NCBI RefSeq assembly: GCF_964355755.1
Contig: NC_092676.1
Span: 24,570,871-24,634,870, forward strand
Direction of reading: 5' to 3'
Length of the DNA stretch: 64,000 nucleotides
Source: Antedon mediterranea
Lineage: Eukaryota; Animalia; Echinodermata
Shown one piece after another: positions 12,612 through 24,600 of this stretch. The number at the start of each line of letters is the position of its first letter. Positions within the stretch are counted from its first letter, which is position 1. The translations under genes were made by a program, and so were the position numbers. The notes below the pieces were generated by a model. The model had not been told where the DNA came from, searched no databases, and saw only the letters and a program-made list of their open reading frames with translations.

Positions 12612-13810
12612 CCCGTATTAAAAAAAAAATATTAATCACATACGTATATGGAACTCCTTTTGATGCATTCTGTAAAAATAAATACAAGTTTTTGCATTTA
12701 CGATAAACAAAAATAAAAAATAGGACTCCTTGGAGTAAGCCTAATAACTGTATGCTCGTTGTGATTGCCTACCGCCACTTATTCAACACATTTCAACACA
12801 GGGACAATCCGTATAAGCAAAAAGAAGACATTTTGTAAACCCGACTTGAATTCTACCTTAGCTAGTGAAATTTGCCTTTTAAGTTTGTTAGCAGTGGGCG
12901 TCTTTAAGCCTCAGAAAAAATAAAAGGATTGTGTTACGAGTTCCTATCTTCGCAGGGCGTGTCCTGTTAGATTGACTATGGCTCCGGGGATGCAGATTTA
13001 CAAAATGTATGCCTAATCCAATGTGTGTCATTCTCGAACTCAACATTGTGCTGTCTCTCATTCTAGCGGCTCCCTTTTGTTAAGTCCGTGGTATATCCAC
13101 CTCGATCAGGCCTATACCATCAATCATTTAAAACTTAGCAAATTTTGCTGGTTCCTCAGCCCCTATACCTAGGACTCACATGTTTGTTCTCCTGTGATTT
13201 GTCCGTATCTTTTGTACGTGTGCGGGTAGGCCTATTTATTTATATATTTTAAACCACGGACTGTAAATATTTGTATTGCGTCATGGTTATTAGTTGTAAT
13301 CTTTATAAAATCAATCAATCAATCAATCAATCGTTCGTTTTATATAGCGCCATTCTAACAGTCATTGTTCATGACGCTGCCAAAAATATCAGAAAATGTG
13401 AGTTTTGAGTAGCTTAAAGGTGATCAATAATAATGTTTGTTTAATGCACGACGATAATGAATACAATGCAACATTGACCTTATTATTTCTATATATAAAT
13501 TATGGTTAATTCTGACATAGGAGAGCACAATGCAAAAAACTTCGGTACAAATCTCCGCCTTGGATACCTACCTTATCTATCTGAGATGTACGGCGAAACG
13601 TAGATTTGATAGTGTTCACATCGACGCTATTGTTCCATATTTCTATCTAAGGAAGATATTATTATTACTATTTTTTAACAAAATTTATGATTTCAACATT
13701 AGATTTTCATCTCAATTTCAATTCTTCCCGGTCAAAGTAATTTCCGGGAAATAAGTTAACCTTGCAACAACCTGGTTTAATATTTTTATACACAAGGGAG
13801 CAGTTAATTT

Positions 13811-14956
13811 AGTTCGTTAGGCTAAATCAAAATGTCAGATCGGACATTATTCGGACAAATACGGGAGCACCACAAGGTACTGTACTTGCACCGTTTTTGT
13901 TCACATTGTATACGTCGGATTTCCAACCTAGGTTCCCGGACTGTCCAGTAATTAAATTTGCAGATGATTCTGCTATGATAGGTTTAATAAAAGAGGATGA
14001 CGATAAAAATTTCAAATCTGAAATAGTTAGGTTTACGAAATACTGTGATGAAAATTTCCTGGAACTTAATGTAGCAAAAACCAAAGAAATGCGAATAGAT
14101 TTCCGCCATAAAAAAAGAAGGGAAATTGAGCCTGTCCAGATTAAAGGACATGAGGTAGAAATCGTTAAAACATATAAGTATCTTGGGGTAACGTATGACA
14201 ATAATTTATCATGGGGAGAGCATGTAGATCAACTAATTAAAAAATTAAATACTAGACTGTACTGTTTGAGGAAAATGAACGTTTTTAGGGTAAGGGAAGA
14301 GATACTACTATGTTTTATTCATCTGTTATTTTTTCAATCTGGGATTATTGCCTATTAGGCTGGGGTGGGAACATAAACAAAGCAGATAAGGGCCGCATAT
14401 GTAAAGTGTTAGAAAGGGCATTAAGAGTGATTGGCTCGTCGGCGCTGACAGCGGACTCAGTCTACGATTGTCACTACGGAGAACGATTGAAAAATGGTTT
14501 ACAGGCGGTCATGGAGGAGGAAAGCCACCCCCTTCATTCGGATCTTCTTCGCTGCCACATTGGTAGAAGTGGTAGACTGAGGCCGGTGTTGGCGCGGACG
14601 GGTCGATACTCAAATTCGTTTCTCCCAGCTGGGATTAAAAAATTTAACGATGACTTTAAGAGGTAACTACAATACTTTTGATAACAATAATAAATAATAT
14701 AATATAATAATTAATAATGAAATATAAGACACTTTTTAAACCGTTTTTAATGATCTGTATTTTAACTTAAATATTTTTGAGCTGTAATTTTATGATGTAC
14801 TTTTTTAATCATTGTGTATTTTTATTTTGTTATTCTACATTTTATACTTTATTTTTATACGATATTTTTATACGATATTTTTATGTGATAAGTGAGCAAA
14901 TGCAATTTGCAGTTTATTTGGACAATAAAAGTTATCTGTATCTGTATCTGTATCTG
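13811..14956 (+). mobile_element. 5'-truncated Rex1/Babar LINE with (TATCTG)n tail
   Basis: TNTGAPQGTVLAPFLFTLYTSDF, KFADDSAMIGLI, LELNVAKTKEMRIDFR, YKYLGV, HPLH, RYSNSFLP. One frameshift near 14310; AATAAA then tatctg repeats. Confidence 0.88.
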
Positions 14957-15488
14957 TTAAAATAATAGATTTGACCCAAAAGGTGACTGGAAACAGGCAC
15001 TTTCCATCAATCAATACAGTGTCCCTTTGGAAGACGAAAAAAAAATATCAGATAGTAGGACTGGACCTTAAGTTGGCCATTAGTCATAGCCATTTAAGTT
15101 TTTAAGTTTATTTTAAAACATACCGTGCGTGTGTGAAGGTACAGTAGTTAAATAATAGAAATTATACTGCAAATTGATAAAGATCAAATTAAATATACGC
15201 CATAAAGAATCAGAATATATTGTGGGGAATAGTATTATAAAATTACATTAGGGAGATTTGATGATAAGACATTTTTCGAGTGAAATCCCGATAGCTGAGT
15301 TTTATTGAGTAAGCTTGCAGGAATAACTGTAGGCTATCTTCCTGTGTCCCGTTTAGGACCGAGATGTCTGCCCATGTTAAAGACAATACGGCTTGCAATT
15401 TGCGAGAATACTGTCGGAACAGATGGTTATTCATTTATTATGTTCTGTACTTACACTGCGGCAGCAGCGAGATTAATATGTAGGCCTA

Positions 15489-18400
15489 TAGTCCAGTCAA
15501 TCTAATGATATACCCACCACAAATTGCAATAGTAACAAAGCTAGTATTTTTGAATTTTATATAATGTGTAGAACGACATACTAAAAGTCACCGAAAATCC
15601 AAGCATTGGGTCAAGGGGTCAGAGGTAAATAAAGCTCATTTTAAGTCAAAATTAATATGCCCCATTAATTACATATATTTAACCATTTAAAATACATTAT
15701 ATACAAGTGGGATTTACGTCATCCGAAAGCTTATTAAATTTCCTATTCAGTGATATCAAACTTATAGTCATAACATTTTATATAGAATGTCATTTTTGCG
15801 GGAAAACACAACATAATGTGTCAATTTTGGCTAAAAATGTTGTTTTCGCTGTAAACAACAATGTTATACACACAAGGATACCCTGGGGTGAACATTTCAG
15901 TTCAACGCGATACACATGACCAGTTCAAGATGCAGATGAGTGACATCTCCGTTCCTGTTGCTTCTGGATGATCTACATTCCATTTTTTCCAGATGGCATT
16001 TGTGTTGCCATGGTTACATTATTTATATTGGGATGTATAAGTATTTTTTAACCAGTAGAAATACAAAGATGTTCAACAGCAGTTTGACAATGACCTCCAT
16101 GTTGTACGACGTTCGGACCATCTGGGGTGGATTGTCAACAGACCTGGTGATTCAAAAAGTTTCTATGAGAAGCCTCAAAGAAAACCAGAGGTTTGACAAG
16201 AGAATATAGAAATGCGTACATCCAGACCAAATCTGCGCTGAAATGTATGTAATGCCTTGTAATAGTATCAGGGCGTTACTCCAGCAGTGGCCAACATAAG
16301 ACCTTATGTTCACACGTCAGGAACACAATGGCAATTGAAAAATCCATTTGGTTACGACTCAGAGACTTCATACCATTGACACGGGAGTTACTGCAGGTGA
16401 CTCGGAATATTAGCAATGTGGTATTAAGCATTGAATATTTTGGCCAGAAAGTCTTGCAATGTATTCAAGATCCTGGTAATAAAGTCATATGTGTGCATCA
16501 ATCCTACAGTTCCAGAGGAGACTCGAGGTGACTTTGTTATCCACCACCACTCTTTGAAACTACCAACTTATAATACTTTCAGCTATTAAACCAACATGAT
16601 GCCACGTGGAAACAACTTCTTCTGAATAGTCTAATACATCCAACTCACTGAATGATGTCCAGTAGGCCTACATTTTAGATGGTATAGTGCTCTACTGCAC
16701 AGCATTCCATGGAATAGTGTAGAGATCTGTAAAAAATATTGCTCTGCATAGTCTTTGATAATTATGAAAGCGGCTCATCCACCAAAGACGGCGCACATGG
16801 TAAGGCTGGTCAGGTGTCAGTGTCCCTGTACACTTTACCAGTGACATGTTTCACAAAATAGGATCACTTTCTGTAACAAACAACAATTTATAAATCTTCG
16901 TAACTAGTATTTGAACAACATGGCAATGAGTGAATGCAGCTGCTGATGCAGATGTTCTTTCGGATAGTACAAAAAACCATTGAATCAGCAAACAGGAAAA
17001 CATCTGTCATTATCCGATGACACGGATCTACTAGTGCTCCTCTGCAGTCAAGCATTTAAAACATCTTGTGATATTCTTTGAGATGCTGGACAATCAAACT
17101 GGTTCAAACAGTACATTTTAGAGACATCTGTGATAACCTTCTGTTTGCTCATGCGATACTGGTGACAAAACATCCAGAGTTTTCGGAATTGGAAAACAAG
17201 TGGCTCTAAAAAAAGTTTGTCATTGCACTTATTTCTGACATTATGCTGTAGTCTTCAGATGCAAACAAGCTACAAAGGATGACATTGTGGTTGCTAGAAA
17301 AAATAGTTTAGTGCGTCTGTACAATGGACTGACTACCTGGACAACGTGGAATGCCTTTGACTCCATCCCATCTACAAGTACAACCTCGCATATCGCCAAC
17401 TTCATAATCGTACCACAACCAAGGTACTTAACATCATGTTCAAGTTAAAGTTATCTTTTAGCAATGGAGTGGGGTTGATATGTGTACCGAGGATTGGGCA
17501 TGGAAGATCAGATGATGGAAACATGGTTCCTCTACACACAGACTTAAAGCCAGAATCTGAGTATCTCCTTGAAGCATTCAGGGTAACTAGAACTACATGT
17601 GGTGAATGCAATGGCATTGCACTGTACTAATACCCGAACAAGAAAGTGATACTGATGACATATAAGTTGTGAGTCCTTTTCTATTTGAAGGATTAAACAA
17701 TATCATCCCACACGGAGCAATTCAAATAAAAAGGTCTGGATTTAAATGATCTTACAAAATATACAAAAATATCATAATATACACAATATAACAAGAGTCA
17801 AAGTTCAAGAATTTAAGAGTCGGATGGCAACTGAAAGCGACGCCCATGAGGCATGAGCTCGAAATCACTGAACAAGGCATGGTTAACATTTTTTAGAATA
17901 GCCCTACTTTTTTCTAGAGTTTGCATGTCACAGAAGGAAGATAAGCTACGAAGTTGACAACCTATTAATTTAGAACAATCCTTTGTAGTGAGTTTCTCTC
18001 TTTGACCCTAAGACTAAAAAACCAGCATATAAAGGAAACAAGTTAAAACGTTCTCAATAAAGGAATTATAAAAAACCATGAGAATTACTTTATCGACATT
18101 AAAATGGTTCAGCTTCCTTAACAGATAAAGTCTCTGGTGTCCTTTCTTTACTATTGCCTCTGTATTTAATTCCCAGCTGAGATTGTCCTCAAATATAGTA
18201 CCTAGGTATTTAAAGGAATGGACAATATCGCTGGTTCGTCATTTGTTGGGGATACCAGAGGGCTGCGTCCTTTCTCCTTCCTAAAATCTACAATAATCTC
18301 CTTGGTTTTGTCACATTGAGTTCCAAGTAGGAGTTTCCACAAAATTGGATAAAACCATCTAATGCGGAACCATGACCGTCCTGTGAATTTTGAAGGAGAG

Positions 18401-19533
18401 ACAGCAAGACAGTGTCGTCAACAAATTTGAAAAGATGACTATTGTCCTGTTTGCTCCGACAGTAATCCGTGTATATAATATACAGGAGAGGAGAGAAGAC
18501 GCAACCCTGCGAAGATCAAATACTTCTCATTACGTACATTCGTTGATACTAAAATTATCAAAAATCTATCTATAGTAAATCATGAGTTGATTCCAAATTA
18601 TCAAGACCCATTAATTAATCAACAATAGTACATACCGCTAATGAATTTCAATTTTCTTGTAGCTAGCATAATTTGTCCTATTTCATGACGATACAATAGG
18701 TACAAGAAAAACATTATTTGCACCAAATACTTCCAAAATATAAATATAATATATATAAACATAATTTAGTTTTACGCTATTTTAAGAAAATTTGTTTTTG
18801 TAAAAGGTCAATGACCTTTTGACCTCTAGTTACGTATAACTGTTGTATTAATTGTTTTTTTAATGGATATTATTAGTAGGATATAATACTCTACACATTG
18901 GTACTAAAGCTATTTAGATATGATTATAAAACAATGGATTATAGGCATAAACGCTACCCCCTACCCCAAAATTGTTTACATTACATTTGATCAAGAATCA
19001 ATTTCAATAAGAATAGTACATCATTACTTTTAAAATTCTTCTAGTTAACATCATGTTTCCTATTTTATATATCGATATAGGTACAGATAAACACAATTTT
19101 GATGAAATGCATATACAATTATGGCACAATATTACAGTTAATCATTTAATCATCAGGAAAAAAATGAGTTTTTGTAAAAGGTCAATAACCTTTTGACCTC
19201 TAGTTATATAAATAAATGTTGTATTTTGTTTTTTTAAATTGTATATTAGAAAGAAATATATATTCTACACATTGATATCAAGATTATTGAGATTGGATTA
19301 TAAAACCACAAGTTATGGGCATAAATGTTACCCCCTACCCCAAAATATTCATGGAATAAAATCACTATATAGTTGTTGAGATTACGTAAAAAATAATGTG
19401 TTCCAATGCTTCAATTTTCGGTGACTTTTAATATGTCATTATAAACTACATTTGGAATGAAAAAATTAATGTTTCGTTACTATTGCAATTTGTGGTGGGT
19501 TTACCTCTAAATATCACTAGATTGACTGGACTA
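15489..19533 (+). mobile_element. Decayed Academ (AcademX) DNA transposon with CTA target duplication
   Basis: Termini TAGTCCAGTCAATCTA...TAGATTGACTGGACTA with ~120-bp imperfect TIRs; CTA at 15486-88 and 19534-36. Broken coding motifs YILDG(G)ALLHSIPW (16660-16712), DADV..IV, DDTDLLVLL (~17020), LFAHAI.G.D.TS..FGIGK (~17150), EDWAW and a Cys-rich C-terminus. Confidence 0.8.
17750..18510 (-). mobile_element. Degraded Rex1-like LINE fragment nested in the Academ element
   Basis: Minus strand reads SSPVLYIY..., KFVDDTVLLSLL, FCGNSYLELNV.KTKEIIVDFRK, FKYLGTI. Confidence 0.65.
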
Positions 19534-20941
19534 CTACTGTAGAGAACTTGAGTAGCATCAGGAAACTAATAAACAACGCAGAATAATGTATTAACTCTTG
19601 ATAATATCAAAACATCAACACATACAGTATACCAACATGTTAATACACATCATTGGAGTTGATCCACAGATTTGCAGCTGATGGCAAACGTGACCTATCT
19701 GTATGTGCAACACAATGAACCTGGTATTTTGATAAACCAAGGCATCACATAGGCCCAATTGAACTGATATCAAATCCGGTGCTGACACTGCTTGAGGGCG
19801 TAAGATAAGAAAAGTGGTTTTTTTTTCAGGAAAAACCACCAAGTAAAAATAGTGTTACGTTCGATTTGAAGATTCGCTATTTATACTTCAAAACATAATT
19901 AAACGGTACTCATATTTTGTATCAACTGTGGCTACATACTTCTTCATACTTCTTCAACATAATTGATTACTACGGAACTAGGGGACTACTTTCAGTAGAG
20001 TTGCTGTGTGTGTGGCAGTTGCTGTGTGAATTAGTACACTGGGTTAACCGGCCCTACTCATCTAGAATTATATGTTCTGGTTCTTTAAAGTGCACATGAG
20101 TTTAGTGTACACTGGACTTCGGTTTATAGTCCTCATCCGAGAAGACTCGTTCTACCACTCGGAAAACTTTAACAACTAAATATGACAAAGGTTATATTGA
20201 TTTAACTTTATCTGTATAATCATATTTACTATGAAATAATACTACCCATCAGAAAAGTCGCTTGCGAGTTTATATATTATACTTTTCATTTTTACTTTAA
20301 TTTAAATTTAATTTTTAATTTTAATTCCATGTTTCATAGTTCCTGTAGACCTAGGCCTATAGTTAATTTTTATTTATTTTACAATGTATTTCTTTTTCAT
20401 GTATTTCAAAATACATAATGCATTTTGTTTTCATACGCATAACTATTGAAAAACGTAATAGGCTAACTGATGGCGGAAACATAAACTATATAGTAACAGT
20501 CTTAAAAGTTCTATTTGATGTCCACAATTAATATTAAATGAAAATTGACACACCTCTTGACCAGCGGTAATCCGGTTATACCGTATACATCTTGAAACCA
20601 GATTATGGCATATATTTAATTTTGCAAGCTAACTGCTCTAATTACACCCACTGGTCCGTTGTAACGGATTACTATTTCGTCTGAACGGTATTAATTCGTT
20701 TGGTCCACAATTAGGCTAACAAAGATATCATCAAAATAAACTTCATGATACTCAAATAATATTATAAGTCCATTTCATGTACATTTTATTTTTTTGTTTA
20801 ATTTTTAAAACTTTTTTAAAACTGAGATTATCTAAATATAATATGTAATGGAAAGTAATTTAAATTGCATCATATTAAAATGTTTTAATAAATCATAGGC
20901 ATAATAATATACAACCACAGAGAAAATTTGATTTAAATTAA

Positions 20942-21261
20942 AGATGTATTGTTCCCCTAAAAACATGAACAATGAAGATTAAATAAATCAGACTTTAGTA
21001 AAGTTAATCACTTCCGTAGAAAAAAAAAATGAAAAATGGTTTCATGTATGAAATGACAAAACAAATGGTAAATTCAACCAAAACCCATTTGCTGGCAGCC
21101 AATTTGACAATTTTTTGCTTTAAATTACAGTTTTTTCAGGTAAATAGATTTTTTTTTCGATCTAATTTTGGTCAAAGTGGATAACTATTATGTTTACATT
21201 AAAATGGCATATTTAAAAAAAATGTTGTTAATAATTATTTTTTCAAGGGGACAATACATCT
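20942..21261. mobile_element. Kolobok-like MITE
   Basis: TTAA|AGATGTATTGTTCCC ... GGGGACAATACATCT|TTAA; interior is the reverse complement of 9554-9890. Confidence 0.8.
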
Positions 21262-21649
21262 TTAAACGAGAACAAGAAAAACTCGATTTAAAATATGAAT
21301 ACAAAATAATACTATGCAGGTCATAAAGCACACAGTACGGTAAGTTGTATAAATGTTATATATACAGAGAAGTAAGACACACGACGTGAACAATACTTAA
21401 AGATAAAACTCAAATGACATTCTAATTCTAACCTTATCTAAAGTATATATTATGTTTTTGGTGTTTTTTATACTCATCCAGCAACTGGAACTCGCCAATT
21501 ACGTGATGGATAAACTATAATTAATTGCTTATAAAGTAACTTTCATTTGAGGTTGTGGAGTAAAAAGTGTCATGAGTTTCAAGGCCGGTAACGCACAGAT
21601 TGAAAAAAAACAAGCTGCTACTCTCACGCTACAAGTTAAAATTGAAGAT

Positions 21650-24600
21650 TTAAACAACTGTTATTTTTTCTTCTAAATAAACGTATTCAATTGCTAGATT
21701 GTGATAAATTTCAGCGACATTTTTCTTCTTTGTGTCCACCAAGTATCGACTGGGTGCGAAGTATTTTTGGTAGAGTGGAGTTAACAGCATTGTGATACAC
21801 GATAAAACGTATAAAGCAGAACATAGGTATAATGCGAGGTAGTATGTACCGCTGGCATCGTACAAGGAACCTGAAAAATAAACAATTTGGTTTAATTATC
21901 TTTTCTGGAATGTTGATTGGACACGCGTTATAAACTAACGATCCTCATGTAACAATTGAAGCTTGGTTCCCATCCAACGCAACTACGTAAGCGCGCCCCA
22001 CAGTAATTGACCAATCACGACGCGATGATCACCCGAACTGTTGCTTGTGATTGGTCAACTCACTTATACGTTGCGTCTACGTCGTTGCTTTACACCCAAG
22101 TTGTAACAAAGCTTAAGGCCCATTTACACTAGGACGATAACAATCGACGATATATATAAGCATGCATTTTTTTAACATAAAACAAAAGAATTAGAAAGGG
22201 GTTCGTTCTAGAACTATATGGTAATCATTTATGCTGTCTTTGATAAAAATTATATTTATAAAATTCCAATCAAATGACGTCATGATAAATAAAAACAATA
22301 AAATCGTTGTATTGTCACGATATTATTGCTCTTACTAACCATGGCGTTGTTTGATTGTACGTGTGAAAATATCATTTTCATCAAAAGAAGCATAGATGGT
22401 TATTCTATAGTTCTATAATCAAAGGTTTCTATATTTCTTTTGTTTTATGTATGTAAAATGCATATTTGTCTATTTATCGTCGATTGTTATCATTCATCCT
22501 AGTGTAAATGGGCCTTTACAAATTTAACATATCACCTGAATCCAGTCCAAGCCTAATTAAATTGTATTCTAACGCGCAAGCGATGTAATAGAATGGAAGT
22601 TGAACGAATCACGACGGAAACGTTTAAATCTCAATAATAATCAGTAGAAGGCCGCTGATACTTTCCCTTTTAGACAGTAAATTTATGTTTCGTATGGAAT
22701 GCCGTTCATAATTATGATTTCGTATATTTAATAGTTGTGAGAAGAACGGCATTCCATAATTTCTAAATAAGGGAAGAACAAGACGTTTAATAATTCATTT
22801 TTTGTCACCGAGGAACGTTTTGTATATGAAACCAAGGAAGACTGACAAATTACAATAATTTCCCAGGCCGTAGGAGAGTGGTTAAAACAGACGAGGCAAA
22901 GATGCTTTAAATATAATTATAAATAAAAAATATGACGATCTTTGCCTGGGGGAAATTGGGGTGGGTAGTAAAAAATTGAACATTTCAGACGAGGCGAATG
23001 CCTGCTGATGGTCCGGCCCTGATTTCACTAGTCTTCCCTGATGAAACTAAAGTAAAATTACCGAAAATAAATGGTCCAACCAAACTTCCAAGACCATTCC
23101 AAATATGAAGTACATTTACAGTTGTTTTACTTTTATTAGTACCAAATATCTCCAGACCAGACGGAAACTGAAGTGCGTTGTACACTCCTCTCGGAAGACC
23201 AGTACCTAGAAAGAAAAATATGGTTGCCTCAATAACTTGTGATTGTCTTTGACCGTGATTGCCATTAGGAGCCGCACGTGGGCGGCTAATTGACCAAACA
23301 CTCACAAGACGAGATGATTGGTAAAGCGTGGTTCCCACTAGAACGCAACGTAGCGACGTATCAACGCAAAGTGCTGTATTGCGTAATCACAAGTGGGAAC
23401 CGACGACGCAACAGTGCTGCAAAAATCGCAGGTTTGATTTCACGCAGGCGGGGGCAAACACATTTATTGGAAGGGCATTTTCTTACGTTGCGTAGGTTGC
23501 GTTACGTTGCGTCGCTAGTGGGAACCATGCTTAAAAGTACGCGCGCGTGCTTTAGCCTAAAGCGTGGTTCCCACTATAGAACGCAACGCAGGGACGTACG
23601 TATTGACGCTTGTGATTACGCAATACAGCACGTCATCAATACGTCGCTGCGTTGCGTTCTAGTGGGAACCACGCTTAAGTTGTATTGCTTGTACGTTTGG
23701 CAACAAAGAAGGACGTACACACCCACACACGTCCGTTAACCGAGTTGAAGCACGCTCACTTTTAGCCTGAGGAATATATAGGCGGTAAATGCATTTAGGA
23801 TTTGAGATGAAGTTTTGATGAAGGTTAAATATATTACTTGCCAAACTCCAAGGGAAGAGGATCAGGATTTGTTGCGCTAACTTCGCACAGCGTTATCAAT
23901 TCGTGCTCATGACTCAAATGCTTAATTAAATTCAGTGTGATATATTCATCTTATAATAACATAAAACCAGAAGGTTGCTCTACTCACTAGGTAGTAAATA
24001 CTTACAAAACGACAAGACAAATATAACAATAGGATTCCTTGTCCATGTCAAGGCTAAACTCATAATAGCTGACACGAGTATACAGACTGGTAGTGTGTAA
24101 ATAAGAGGAATCACAATGCACGGAGCTGCAAAGATGATGAGAATTTTGGCAGAAGCATCACCCAGCGCCATTAACATAATTCCGGTAGCGCTCATTTGAT
24201 CAACAAGTCCAATAGATTCAAAGAAACTACCCTATTTCCAGTTTCGAAGAAATAATAGAAAACATTACATTATACACCTATCTATCATGCGTGTAATGGG
24301 TAGTCTAGGTTCTAGACACAGTTTTGACTTAAAGGACAACTTTACTTTTTACAACGTATTAGGGATGTACATTTTCAAAACAATCGCGAGATTTTAGAAG
24401 GATATCGCCGCACGCGCTCGCCGTACAGCCGTCGCCGTAAATTGCTGTGACGTCACAGGTACAAAATCTATTCAATGAGTCCAACTAAGCAAAAGAAACA
24501 ATAAAAAAATCAACATTTATATATTTGTTTACGATTTATTTACAAAGTGTGTTTGCTAGAAATTTTCGCGATTTGCCAGAAAACTCATGACGTAAATTTT

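Noticed and set aside
23290-23739. 149-aa plus-strand ORF
   Set aside because: It spans two GC-rich MITEs inside an intron; spurious.
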